Shown here piece after piece: positions 50,479 through 64,000 of a stretch of DNA of 64,000 nt. A program made the position numbers and the translations under genes. The DNA lies in the NCBI GenBank assembly GCA_026770705.1, contig JANJGN010000012.1, forward strand, positions 95,914,001 through 95,978,000, in the 5' to 3' direction. The DNA is from Isurus oxyrinchus (Eukaryota). The stretch's first letter is position 1. Each line of letters starts with the position of its first letter. The notes beneath the pieces were generated by a model that saw only the letters and a program-made list of their open reading frames with translations, was not told the origin of the DNA and ran no database searches.

Positions 50479-51974
50479 ATGTATTTGGTTTCAAATATCA
50501 CAAGATATCTATAAGAAGTAAGCCTTCATGCTTACTGAGACTTGAGTTGAAGCTGCCCAAAATATATGTTATATTGGATCCTTGCTTCCAGCAGCCCAAG
50601 ATACTTTCACCCCTGAATCTGAGCTGGATTGACACTCACATCCCAGAAATAACAGAGCAGTACATAACTCATCATAACTAGTTGGTGAAGAGGTAGATAT
50701 TTATAAAGTACCTATTTGTCGGCAGTGATGTACAGATTCACAGATAAAAGATTCAGTAACAATGTTGATTTTCTATTTAATTTTTGCCCTATTTTGAAGT
50801 AATTTGTACTTCTGCCTCTTGAATGTCTCTGTGGTGCATGCCACTTGTAAGCCAAATGGATGGCCTGTAAACTACTCCTGGCTCTTTGCCTCTGGAGTCA
50901 TTGATCCAAGAAGTGCATGGAAGAGTGGCTAGAGTGATACACTCCATATGGAAACATCTGGACTCCTTGTGGTGTGAGAAATTGAAGACTCCAATCAGTG
51001 TTGTACAGAACTGATGCACTGAGCCATAATGTTACCAGTGTAGTGCTGATGCATTGTTTTATACTGGCTTGGAATTTCCAATTCAAATGATGGCGCAAGT
51101 GTTAGTGTTGACCATTACTGTGTGAAACTGACAGTATCTTCTGGCATATGCACAGGTAAATGCAAAACCAGAAGCTGCTGTCATTGATACCCTGCTCCCC
51201 AACAGGGTGCTCTGTTGCAGTCTTTGAAGGTGCTTTCAGCACAGAATCAATGGACGGTGTTTTCAGGTCCCGCCCACCCTGGGAATCGTCACAGATAGGA
51301 CCTGAAAATTCTGCCCAGTGATTTGATGTGAACTTTAACTTCTTACGCGTTATTCTCTCTGTAACATTCATTGAAATTGTCAAGTCTTGTTGAATAAGAG
51401 GTAACTGAGTTTTTAATGTCGTACTATATTGTAATTAATGCTGAACAACTTCTCTGGTACTGAAAAACTAATTGTAGAAGCCTGGAGTATCATTCTGTCC
51501 ATTTCAGGATAATTCCATAGATATTTTAAACGATTGAAATTTTTTCAGTTCCTAACTTAATCCCGTGTGTATGATGAAATATTCATTTTGCTCTCTAAAA
51601 TAATGAAAAAGTGAATGATAGTCAGTGCTCTTTGCTATTTGATTTGGTGTCTGAGAGAATTCTTCAACCTGCTTGGCTGTTCAGACTGTTTGGTGACTTC
51701 ACTGTTCCTGAATACCAGTGATCCCCTACAGATGGTACCAGAGTGAAATTGGTATTGTATTAGGGAAGATCAATATCACAAAGCCCACTAAATCTTTGTG
51801 GACAGCTTTATTTGAGGTCAGCATGAGTGCTGTCCCTAGCTTCAAAATCTGAGCCATTTTTTTACAATTCTGTCAGTTGAACCCAAGGAGTCTGTGCTCA
51901 ATACAATGTAGAACAAGAGTAAGACTGGAAGAGCATGGTATATAACTGATGCATTGCTTGCTTTTCTGTTGCAG

Positions 51975-52111
51975 ATGTCTACTTCATCATCACTTTATCC
52001 TTCCTGTGGAAAGTCACGGTAATCACTCTTGTCAGCTGCCTTCCCTTGTATGTACTGAAATACCTGAGAAGAAGATTCTCTCCACCGAGCTACTCCAAGC
52101 TTACCTCATAG
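51975..52111 (+). CDS. ATP9A: ATP9A last coding exon
   Basis: (D)[44 protein letters not shown]; TAG at 52109-52111; C-terminus matches recalled ATP9A. Confidence 0.96.
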
Positions 52112-52673
52112 ACACCGAGACCCGGATAATAATCCCAACCCATTAGGGATTCACATCCAACAATTTAAGAAATTTATTTGACAATTTCAAGTATGACTGA
52201 TGGACTAAAATGATAACTTTAACAGTCATGACCAACTGATGAATAACAATTGGCCAGTAGACACTGTCAGAGATACAGCCTACTTCTTCAGAGTCCTAAG
52301 ATTTAATCACAACCAGAGCCAAAAAGGGAATCATTGTACCTTTCAAAAGTGGGAGGCCGGTCAGAAAAAAGATCCATAACGAAAAAGGGATCACTAAACA
52401 CTCAAAACAAAGTGATTGAGCCACCGACACAAATATATGTGAAATTTGTCCCCCTTCAGTTATTGCCTTATTTTGTTTGTGACCTATTTCCACAGTTGTT
52501 CAGGCTTTTCAATTGTTGCTCTATTTTCATTTTCCTCCTTGTTTTCATCTTGGGTGCTTTCAACCATTTCATCTTGTTTTCACCCTAGTTACAGGATTCA
52601 AAGGTAGAGCATCATCCCATTTATTCAAACAGGTGCTAGAGTCCCCTTTTTAAGATAATGACTAAAACACAAT

Positions 52674-53615
52674 GACCCAGATCTTCCAGTCTCTGGATAG
52701 TTGGAAACTGGACATACCCCTCAGAGACTCTAAGGGATCCTTTAAAAGTCCCAATTCAATGACTTTGTGGGAATTGACCAGGAAGCTTGAGCTTCCAATG
52801 GGCACTTCCCTTGCTCCCCTGGACCCTCCAAAAAAAGTCTCCAACTCTTGAGTTAGAGACAGGGAGTTTGGATGGTTCCAGCTTACTTATCTAGATAGTT
52901 ACCTATGAAATATTAGACAAGTTAAAACTTATTCTAACACCTGGGTAGCTACAGAACTGACCCCCTCCGAATCACTCATTTTGACCCCCCCCCCCCCCCG
53001 CCAAACCCCCCCGACCTGACCTGATTAGCCCCGCCACCTGATTCCCCACCAACCCAATCTGACTAGCCCCCATCACTCCACTAATCCCCCCCCACACTGA
53101 TTTCCTCCCAATCCGACCTGACTAGCCCCCACCACCTGACTCCCCACCAACCTGACCTGAATAGCCCCCACCACCTGACTCTCCACACCCTGACTTGACT
53201 TGACTAACATCTGACTCCCTCCAACATGCCCCAACCCTGTGACTCACTCCTGGCCCAACCTGTTTAGCCCCCCACCACCTGACCGAACCTCACCAACCTA
53301 CCATCCTATCCCCTCACCTACTTACCTTCTCCTCTTAGCTTTTCAAAGAAGCTTTGGGACATTTAAACTCTCCAGTTACTAGAAGCCAGCAGCTGGTGCC
53401 GTAAAAGTGGGGGGTGTTGGGGGTGGGGGGGGGGGTGGTGGTTTGTTGGTGTTGTCTCTGCGGGAATTCTCTCTGCTCTCCCCAAGGTTTCCTGCACTGA
53501 GTTCTGCAAGGTCCTCCATCAGAAGATTTTCCTGAAAAATTGGAGAAAGGTGTTTTTTTTTTGTCAGATCAGGGTTGGAAATAGAAGTTCCGACCCTGAG
53601 CAGAAGATTCGGGCC
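52674..53615. mobile_element. TIR element (Harbinger-MITE-like) downstream of the ATP9A stop codon
   Basis: Ends GACCCAGATCTTC / GAAGATTCGGGCC; internal C-rich minisatellite. Confidence 0.55.
52985..53320 (+). repeat. C-rich imperfect tandem repeat (CCTGAC/TAGCCCCC units)
   Basis: Repeated ACCTGACTAGCCCCCACCACCTGACTCCCC-like units. Confidence 0.8.
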
Positions 53616-54489
53616 TCTGTTTCAATGTGAACTTGTTGATGCCTCTTTCTATGTGGATTGTGGTAATGAACACATAAGGGCATGTTCTTCATCCACTTCA
53701 GAACATATAGTTTATAAATGTGATGTATCATAGAGCTAATTTGCTTTTTAATTCATTATAAACACACCTGTGTTTTGACTGGGTCATAGCCTACATATGC
53801 ACTTTATAACCAATACAAGCTATCCTGTAGGAGATTAATAACCCAGAATGACTAACCATCTACATTTCTTAACCTGTGCTCAGAAGGATTTTTTCTAAGC
53901 TTCAATCAGTTCTGACATCTGATGCTTTGATGAATGAAACAAGGATGCTGACATAGACTAACAGTGTATCTGTAAAATAATTGCAAAGCCACATGCTTTT
54001 TTCATCTCATCTAATCATACTTTTAAATAATGGTAGCACCAAAATTGATAGTTTACTCCCTCCCCAACCCATGAGTGTTTGTTTTAAATCCTCTCTTCTT
54101 GACAGGATAAAAGAGAACTGTAAAGAGTAGGATAACTGTCCCAAGAGGTTGGAGTTTATTTAAATATTAATGTTAAAACATGTTTTTAATTGTACGTTAG
54201 GTAAAATGATAGAAGTACATACTGACCCTTTAAAGATGATACTGTGCCTTGGGAGGAATGGAGTGAAGAATGAGAATAGTCCAACCATAGTTTGTGACAT
54301 CATCTTCTCTGTCAGTAACATTGAACTTGATGTTGGCATGTGCAAGGGAAAAATATACATGTCAATTTTTTATTACATAGTGAAAACGTGTACATGTGAA
54401 TCACACTAATTAGTGCTGACTGTAAACATTTTACTTTTTTTTGTAGAAAAGAGCTTTATGGAATCGAACTGACTACTTTCTAACTAGAA

Positions 54490-54812
54490 CAGTGCTTCAC
54501 AAACTTTTTCCAACTGTGACCCCATTTGTTGCTTGAAAATTGGTGCGACCCTAAAGTGAGAGCAGTGTAGGGGTTGGCGGGGAGGGGGGTTGAGTTGTTG
54601 AGCAGGAGCCAATGGTTTTCCCCACAGCCATTTTGAAGACAGTGATGGATTCTTGGAGCTAGAAATCGTGCATGCATGTGTGTTGGAACCTCGGTGCCGA
54701 TCCCAGGACTGTCCCACAAGAGTCTCTGCTCGATAGTCGCCATTGCTGCCTTGGAGTTTGCAACCCCAAATAATCGTCCCTGAAGTCGTGACTCACAGTT
54801 TGGGATCCCCTG
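54490..54812. mobile_element. hAT (Charlie-like) MITE
   Basis: Ends CAGTGCTTCACAAACT / AGTTTGGGATCCCCTG; 8-bp TSD AACTAGAA (54482-54489, 54813-54820). Confidence 0.85.
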
Positions 54813-55658
54813 AACTAGAAGCAGCATTGATTTAATGATTTCCATTATCTTTACAATGGCTGCTGTATGATTGGACATTTGATTTCCAACATTGAACTCC
54901 TGGCTGTATAGCCCTGGATTCTATTTCTCTGAGGCCAATAAAGTTTACATGGAATTATAACTGTTTCCCAAAATGGGCAACATATGTATGTATGCCTTTA
55001 AAATGATGTGTATAAGTAATATGTCTGATCAAGGTCTAAAAGCTGTATTTATTGTGATGCTGACACTTTTTGAAGCTTTTGTGAATTTGGACAACCAAAT
55101 CTGAATGCTGTAAGATGAGTGATTTGTATTTGCAATATATTCCTGCATCCAGGACGAGCTCATACCTTCAACTGAAAGAAGGCATGGTGATTAAGGTGTT
55201 TTCTTTGTAATCCTTCTGATTGGAATTCCGGTCCCTTTGCTGATCAATGCTGGCAGCTCTTGACTGAATTGTCAATGTCCTGCAGCATCTTATTCTAGCT
55301 GGGACTATGAAAAATAACCACTTAATTGATTGGATAATGTAAATTCCTACTTGAACATCAGAGCTCAAAGCCCAGATGTCTATTTGAAGCATTTAAAGTC
55401 TAAACTGTATTTTACCCATTACCTGGGATCTGGAAGAGACAGTTATAATATCTTTCTGATCAAATTGGAACGGCTAAAAAGAGGTCATTATTTAAAATTA
55501 GCATTAGAGCTACAGTCACCCATACTGTGGGTTTCTCATTTTCCCTATGAAATCTGAAGAAGTACTTGGTAAAGAGAGATGGCTGAAACGTGAAGGCATT
55601 TCACCCAGTTGCTCTCATTGAAGGAATTGGTAGCTGGTTTCCAAACAGCACTGGCAGA

Positions 55659-56331
55659 GACCATGAATCTTGCATTCTGTGGCCGGGTGTGCGCCCAACC
55701 CGGACACATGTAAAATTGCGTGAAATGACATTGGGTGTGTGTCCCAATGTCATTGCACTCATGCGCAACATTACGGTCAGCTGGTGTGCGCGGGAGTTGA
55801 AAGCGCGCCTACCGACAATTAAGTGGGCAATTAAGCCCATTAAGGAGGCAATTGTCAGCAATTTTACACAATCTGTCCACTTTTACGGTTGGCAGATGGG
55901 CTAGACGGCTTTCACATTTTTACTACAAACTACATCCAGGGTGGGATGAAATGTCTGGGATTAAATAAAATAAGAGGGGTGATCTGCTATGTGGTCTGCT
56001 GCCAGGTACTTGCATTTACAATATTGTCACAGTTTGCAGCAGTTTATTGAGCTCATTTTATTTTTAAATTACTGCAACTCCCTGGGGAAGCTCCACAGCA
56101 GCTTTCAGGGAGCGCAAGCCCACACTCTCCCTTCTCTTGGTGCCCACCCTCTTCCTGCAACCCCCTCGGAAGCGCTGAGCCTTTCTCAATGCACATTTCA
56201 TGTTGGCTGGCTGTTAATTGGTCAGCCAGTGTGAAATTGTGTTTTGGAGTCAATTGCGGGTGGAAGCTCATTTTGCGTCTGCTTCCAGGCCCGCCGATCA
56301 TGCAAGCACAACGAACTCAAGATTCAGGCCC
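55659..56331. mobile_element. Harbinger-type MITE
   Basis: Ends CCATGAATCTTG / CAAGATTCAGGCC; left part is inverse-similar to 50260-50460. Confidence 0.65.
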
Positions 56332-57999
56332 TGGAGAAAGTTTGCAGTCTGCCTCATTGTCTAAAGGAAAAAGGTGTATGAAAAGGTGAGAAACAAACAA
56401 AAAACTGGGCAGAATAATAATGCGGGGCAAAAATGTAAAAATAGGCATCATCTGCCAGAGTACATTACCCTCGGTCCTACAGAATGATACACTTATTAAT
56501 TTCCTCAGCAGCTAAGATTTGTCTGTGGTAAAATGAAACCTATTTGTTTCCTGTTTATATTCCTAATTATGATTGAATCAAACATATCAAATCACTTGTG
56601 AAATGTGCTTTCTTGTTAATTCATTAATTACCTAATACATTTGGTGTAATTTCTACAATACCTCTTTTTCATGCTCTTGATTAACCTTCCTACTTGTCTA
56701 CTTTAAAAAAAGCAGTTTAATTTCCTTTGTAGCTCTGATTTTTTTTTAAACTTCCTTTAATCAGAGATTGCTGTCTAATTCACAGTGCCTTGTAGGTGAG
56801 CTTTACACTTTGTAAATGTTTCTACAGTCACTACATGTACCCTGGTTAATGGTTCAAAATCGATGCCACTCTTAAGACATTCCTTGGAAGCTTGATTCCT
56901 TTCATTAAAAATTACAAATGCATTATTCCTTTTCATTGACTGCCACCATATCATCCATGTTTTCCTCTCATTCTTTGCACATATGTCAGTTGCCTTGTGG
57001 TGAGAAAACCCTTTGGAAACTATCTGCCCAAGTCACCACCTTCATCAAAAATGTCTTGAAGGGTAATTGTACTTTTAATCAAGATTCTGGTCTCTGAAAT
57101 ATCCAGGTAGATCAGTTCTAGAAGAGGTGTTGAGGAAAGCAGTACTTATATGGACTTTGTTCCTATTTATAATCCATCTGGCCTGATGCCTTTTGTACCT
57201 GTGAATGTTGGCATAAAACTCAGACCCAGGCTGCTGCCATTGTCACTGTAGCCAGTCACTGAATGGGTGCTGGTACTGCTCAGGTATGACTGTCCCCTCT
57301 GAATTTCTTCTTCCGTGCTAAATGCCTACCTGATCATAACCTGTCCATGTTGAGTGTGAGGCTCAGCATCACCGTGCGGCCCTAAATGTGCAGACTTTCA
57401 CCTTGAATGCCATTGTTTCAGTAAATCCAACAGTAATCTTCAAATACACCAAATCCTCTGCTATGCAAGTAATTTCATTTGGACATGTAAGTCCAAAACA
57501 TTGAATGTCATGCTAGAAAGTTTCTGGGAGTGAGGAGAATGTGGATGGTGATGAGACATTCATCCTTAATTTTAGTACAAATTAAGAATGCACTAGCATC
57601 AACTGCTGCACAGAATTTGAATCATTTGGTAAATGCAGTTAAATTATGTTGTAAACACTATTGCTATGATCCCCTTGTACTGACCATAGAGATTAGACTA
57701 TCTTAATATGAAAGTTTTCTAGTTGGCTTACTACATTGAAAAGAAAATGGACAATCGTACCATCTGTGGGACATGGGGCTCTCTTCTAACAAGCTATACA
57801 GTAAAAAGATGTCTAATTGAGGTAATTCCTTTCCAGTTTGTTCAACACTAAACTGCCAAAATACATCAAGGGGAAAGATAAATAACAAGCATGAAAGATT
57901 GATCCTGAGAATATCTGTGAGGCAATCATGTCACCACTAATTTGAGCCAAGGCAAGATCTAACGAACAGACCATTTTTTCATCTGAGACAGGCAAGTAC

Positions 58000-58460
58000 A
58001 GTTACAGAATGGTGACAGCACAGAAGGAGGCTATTTGGCCCATTGTGTGTTGCTGGCTGTCTGAAGGAGCAATTCACCTAGTGCCACTACTCTACTCCCC
58101 ATAGCCATGCACATTGTTCCTTTTCAGATAACAATCAAATTCCCCCTTGGAAACCTCAATTGAAACTGCCTCCCACCACACTCTCAGTCAGTGTGTTTCA
58201 GGTTCTAACCACTCACTGTATGGAAAAAGCTTTTCCTCATGTCACCATTACTTTTGCCAGTTACCTTAAATCTGTGCCCTCTACTTTTCAGTCCAACTAC
58301 CAATAGGGACAGTTTCTCCCTATCTACTCTGTTCACAGACCCTTCATAATTTTGAATATCTCTATCAAATCTCTCAACTGTTTCTTCTCCAAGAAGAATA
58401 GTCCAACTTCTCTGATATATCTACGTAACTGAAGTTCCTAATCACTGGAGCCATTCTTGT
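58000..58460 (-). mobile_element. CR1 3' end fragment
   Basis: ACAGCACAGAAGGAGGCTATTTGGCCC 3' hairpin region followed by reversed ORF2 tail. Confidence 0.75.
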
Positions 58461-61400
58461 GATTCCTGTTTACCTGTCTTATTGCAGTACCTGCAAGGTT
58501 CAAAATAGGTGGTTTGATCAACCCTGTTCATTCAGGTTGGTGTTGCTTACTATGTACTAGTCCTTGGAACTTGCGGTTCCACATTTATGCTCCTTCACAG
58601 CCCCCATTAGCTGAACAGCCTTTGCATATTTGAGATATCAGAAGACTATCACATTTTAGTGAACAAAAAGGTCAACCAGAGTCAAAGTGCAAAGAGACAC
58701 AATGGACATCATTCACCAAAGAAAGATCAGGATCTCCTTTTTGCTATCATTAAAGCAACTTCTCTACAGGTTTTAAATAGAGTTGCAAAAATACATCTAC
58801 AACCTCGCAATGATACTGAACTAATAAGATAATTAATATCAAACTCTACCACTTAAGGGCACTGTTAAGTGAAATGCCTGTTGAGATTTGTAGACTATTG
58901 CTGTGTGATGTAAGTCATTAATTTGGGATCAGCCCTTCAAAAAATGCAACTATTTTTTGATTTAACTAGTTAAGTCACATTATCAATTGGCTAAAACCAG
59001 TTTAGCACATATTTAAATTAGAAAGAACTGGTAAGAGATTGTGGGACGGGGAAGATCAGGTAGAATAATGAAAACTTTTCTTAGTTACTCTTAAGAATTC
59101 TGAGGTCAACTTGCCTTTGGATTATAATCTATGGGAGATTTTAAAAATTATATTCTTTAAGAGATTTTAAAAATTAGTGAGTTATTTTCATGGTTAAGTT
59201 TTCTCAAATTTCTAAAGATTAAAATTGCAAAAGAAGTTGGCACTGATATTTTTCTATAAACCTTGAATTGATTGGCTGAATCATGAATATCATCTTGAAT
59301 GATTCTGCCTGTGTAATCTGAATCTACTACCTGTAGAGGTTGCAATTAGTTTCATCTGCTGTGTTTCGAGAAGATTGTTAGCCCAATCATGTTTGAAGGC
59401 AGTCCACTGTAAACCTCTTTGAACAGCAATTTAATAAACTGGCAATGTACAGGAGGGGAATGAGATTACAATCAACTCTGCAAGCTGCTTATATGCATGA
59501 AATGAGTGGTTTTTCCATGAGCAATAATGAAAGCAAAATAATGCATGCATTTAATATATCTACTTCCCTTAGAAAATGCAACATTTTTGGACTTGGTTAG
59601 TAGAACAGCCCTATGGATGGGTGCTATGGAAGGAAAAGTGAGTATTATGGTACCAGCAATTGCAATGGAAAATTGAGATATCATTTTGAGCAGATGGCCC
59701 AGGATTAAATAGTTTCTGGTACCACTCAGAAAATGAGTACTGAATTACCATCATGGATAGTTCCTGGTTATTTTTTTAATAGAAAATTACAAATGCAAAA
59801 TAATACTCGTGTATTGCAATAAAGAAGCCAGATCAACCACTATTTTTGTAAACATTTGCCCTTTTGCCTTTCACTGCCACTTTCTATAAATTCCAGATTG
59901 TGATCAGTCCAATACATACTAACCTACTCTGAGACTCTGGGCAAAATTTAAAAGAGACCACCAGAGTGGGCATGACAGCAGGGGAGCTGGGAGAATTGGG
60001 TGGGAGTGCCCGCATGGGGGGATTAGGGAAAATTTTCCCCAATTAAATTGGGGGTGGGAAAGGGCTGATGCGGAAATCCTGCCCGCTGGTCACCAATTAT
60101 CCCTGAGCTCATTGTAATTTAGTGTTGCCTCAGTGATTAAATGGGGGTCATATGGCTTTTCGATGCCTCCTGAAGGCAGCCCAGCAAATCCTTTTGGGCT
60201 TTGCCTGCAGCCTTGTGGGTGGGGCTGGGGTGATGAGAGGGCTCCCTTGTTCAAGGTTTCTGAGTGCTCAAAGAACCTGGCATTTGGAAGTGGCAGGATC
60301 ACTGAAGCCCACCTTTGCCTCCAACATCTCCCCCACCCCCCAACAACCTCCATCCCACCCCCACTTATCAGAATCCTTAGATCCAGCATTGATTCTTGGG
60401 CTGCCCCTGGGAACATTATTGGCAGTAGCCACTGCTCCCAGTGTTGCTGCTGGCAATGGAGAGCTGCTGGCCTGTTATTTGCTGACAGCTCTCAACAGGT
60501 GGGAGTTCTGCCCTCAGTGTCCTAAATCCCATGATGCTGGCCAGTTAAGTGCCTAAGTTGCATTGGACCTCCACAATGGAAGAGAGACTGGGTTGCCACC
60601 AGTTCTCCAAAAGGTGGGGGGCACCCCCATTTTGGGAACAGAATTGCAAACTCCGTCATCTTCCTTTCTCTGCATATTCCAGAATTCAATTATACTACAA
60701 TGCTAAAGAATCTGAAGATTTATTTTTGCAAACGATACTTGCAATGGAATAATATTAAGGGTGCATCAGTTATGCAGGGGTGCTGATTAATACTATATAT
60801 TAAGTTTCCATCTAAGTTATTGTTACTTGTCAGTGTATTGAACCTGACTAATGAAAAATATGAGCATCTCTTCTGAAGGTGCACAGGTAATGGAACTTGA
60901 TGTAAATTAAGAGTACTTGTATCTTTTGTTTTCACCCCATCCCTCCCTCTGGTGAATCTCTAGTTTCGATGGGCCAAATTTTATTTACTTAAGGATTACA
61001 TAATTTTATATCCTGCAAGCTTTGTAAAATATCCTAAATTATTCTTACAATTGGATTCTGTTGCTAGACTGGACTTTCCCTCATCTTTTGGGAACACCTT
61101 AATGGGTGCAGGTGCAATATTGTCAACAACTACTCCACATTATGGCTTTGTGGTGGAATTTCACATTAGTGGATCCCACCAAAATGAATTTGGCAATCTT
61201 GATCCAGAAGGGTTAATATTTCTGGCGCCAACAAATGGCTTAGCATTACTTTGAGAAACTGGATTCTAGTTGGCTGGTTCATTTGAGTTTGGTTGCCCCA
61301 TAATTCAGATCTAAGATTTTCCAAAGTTGCTTCATTAAAAATAAAACTGTTCAGTCCTCAAAGTGCTGATGTTATCTTACAAGTATGTTGTAGAGGGGAA

Positions 61401-61507
61401 ATGAAAATCTTGTGAATGTCGTGTTAATCCATATTATCGTTGGTGTCTGTGCTGTGGAGAATCTGCTCTCTTATGAGCAAAGTTTAATGGTACTGTATTA
61501 AATACAC

Positions 61508-61513
61508 AATAAA
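61508..61513 (+). terminator. Candidate distal poly(A) signal of ATP9A
   Basis: AATAAA with upstream TGTA and downstream GT/T-rich tract; alternatives at 54937 and 59818. Confidence 0.35.
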
Positions 61514-63629
61514 ATGTGGTTTTATGATATTTGTTTTAGCGGTATGTTTATACACACATCTGTAAGCTGGGCAGACTTTTAGATGAATAACCAACGCTTT
61601 GTAGCCTGGTCACTATAAAAATGTAATTGCTTTCCATGATGAGCTGTTATCCCAACCTCCTTCCTGCATCGACAGGACACAGTTGTTTCTGGGGTATGTA
61701 TTTGACCTAGCTTTTCCGCTATATCATTTTTTTGCTTAAAACTAACGTATGGCTTAACTATACTGCCAAGAACTGGTTCAGATAAACTGAGTTAATTCTG
61801 TGTGTATTTTTAGAACATTGTTTTGTGAAACAAGCTGGCATGGACATTTAACATATACTGCATGTTGTTATGCTGGAACAGGGTTGGGCATAATATGTCA
61901 GCTTGGAAAGTAACTAATGTTGTAAGCAGAGAACAAAGCATTTAAGACTTGCGCGTCACATAAATTATGAAAATAATTCACTATGCTGAAGACACACAAT
62001 TTGGGTCTAGTAGCAACATCCTAAAATACATTTTCTGTTCATCTTTGTGAATAAATAGCTGTTTGGTTTTATTTTTACTGCAAAATCGTCATCTACTTTC
62101 TACCCTAAAAAATAGGTTGACCTGACTAACTTGGTGTGTCAGTAATAATTCACTTTTGCATACTTTTTGGAGGGAAATTACTCAAATGCCTTTGATATTA
62201 CATTTCTAATTGCTGGAAACTTATATTTAAGCAGCACCTTATGTCTGAACATCAAACAGTGCTTCCTACTCTGATTTGTTTTTCTAAAGCATGTTGAGTG
62301 CCATTATTATACAAATGCAGCATTGATTCTATGCCTGCAACATGCCTGAAACAGCAATTATATGACTGCTGCTTTTTCGGTAGTGTTGCTTGAGGGAGGA
62401 ATGTTGGCCTCAATACTGGCAAACTGCCCTGCTCAACTGATGATTGAGTCAGATGGCAGTACGATATCTTTTGCTTTGGTTCCTGAAAGATGACCTGGAT
62501 TTTGCTGTTAGTGGTGAGGTGACAGTGCTTGCCACTAACATCAAAGAAAGTTCCCCAAAAAGATCGAGCGAAATGTGTGGCATGGATTCCACCTTTCCTG
62601 AAGTTCATTCTGATGTTCAGAAACAGTGCCTAAACAGCCAATCACATCGAAATATTCTCACAGGCACAAATTAGGGAAGTGAAAAGCACAGATTATACAT
62701 TCTTTTTAATCATTTTACAGAGTGCAAAATAATAATTGGAACATTCACATTGGATTAAGGTAGAATCTGAAAAATTATAAACAAACTTCAAAGAATAATT
62801 CTTATTATAAAAGTCGATGGAATTATTTTTGTCATCGAGACGTTAGTTTTAAGGGTTGGTCAACAGTAATTTATGACTTAGTACACTCTTGGGAACCCAA
62901 TTCACGTCACTCAACAAGATGTGATTTTTTTTAAGTGTTTTTAAAGCAAGACTAACTGTAAAAAAAAAAATAGAATTCATGTCAAATCAATTTCTAAAAT
63001 TTCCAACTGTGAGGATTTCAACAGAGCACTCTGGTGGAGCAGAGAATCATTGACTACAACTTCTAGATACTCTGCATGTGCGGATGCCAGTAGTTGCTGC
63101 CTGTTTCACCGAGTAATCATGGCTAACGCTAACCAGTTTTGGCATAATCTGCAAAGTCTGGGGCATTGCATTTTATAAGCAGTAAATACATCTGTATTTA
63201 ATTTTCTACTAGTTAATATTTAAAAATTGTGTGTGTTACTACATTGTATCCAATACAATGTTACCAGATTGTATACAATACATATGTCAAACTATTTGGA
63301 TATACAATTTATCTAACAGATAAAATATATTTATATGGTGTGTTTTACCACATGTCTCACCTATGCTGATTGGCCTGAATATTTCTGTGGGTGAAACATT
63401 TGCAACCAGATTTTTCAGTTTACCTGGTGGTCATAAAATCTACCTTTTGAAACAACAGATTTTTCTGCCTGGGCCAACCTGTTTTTAAGATTCTGATTAT
63501 TAATGTTCATGCTTTCATATCACTCTTGTGAATTTATTGTTTAAAATCAGCTGTATAATCCATCTTCTCAAAGGCCCCTTGGATCGAGCTGCTCTCAATA
63601 ACCCATTTGGGCATCACTGGAAAAAAGTC

Positions 63630-64000
63630 CTCATAGAATGGTACAGCATGGGGAAGGAGGCAGCTGCGGCTGCGCCAGCTCTGTGAATGGAACACAGGAG
63701 CAGAAGTAGGCCATTCAGCTTCTTGAGCCTGCTCTGCCATTCAACTAGATCATGGCTGTTTGTCTACCTCAATCCCCTTTTCCTGTGCTATCCCCATATC
63801 GCTTGATGACATTAGTATCTAGAAATCTATTGATCTCTGTCTTGAACTCTTGAACAGTGCAGTAATCCTTCAAAAGTACTTATAGTGCTTTGTGTAAGAC
63901 AGCCCTCTGGGTTAGAGAATTCTAAAGATCCATTGCTGTCTAAGTGAAGAAATTCCTCCTCATCTCAGTCTCAAATGGCTTGCCCCTTATTGTGAGACTG
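63630..64000 (-). mobile_element. CR1 3' end fragment(s)
   Basis: AGGAGCAGAAGTAGGCCATTCAGC..GAGCCTGCTCTGCCATTCAA..GATCATGGCTG, typical CR1 3'UTR. Confidence 0.75.

Noticed and set aside
59939-60650. GC-rich MITE-like segment
   Set aside because: Only one plausible terminus; boundaries unsupported

Overview
Vertebrate genomic DNA, most likely from a shark or other chondrichthyan (inferred from the repeat types). It holds the last eight coding exons of the P4-ATPase flippase gene ATP9A on the + strand (4438-52111, all GT-AG, phases consistent, stop at 52109-52111), followed by a probable long 3'UTR. Introns are packed with nested transposons: three decayed PIF/Harbinger elements (transposase plus Myb/SANT gene), Harbinger- and hAT-type MITEs, CR1/L2-group LINEs, SINEs and Penelope-like elements (PLEs; RT + GIY-YIG) whose tails carry minimal hammerhead-ribozyme motifs. 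The most unusual item is a ~4 kb Gypsy-type LTR element (6386-10355, TSD GCTAG) inserted in a CR1, in which most of gag-pol appears replaced by a captured UACA-like coiled-coil segment. A nested inverted duplication (19467-20201) also stands out. Protein and repeat family names come from recalled sequence similarity; no searches were run.
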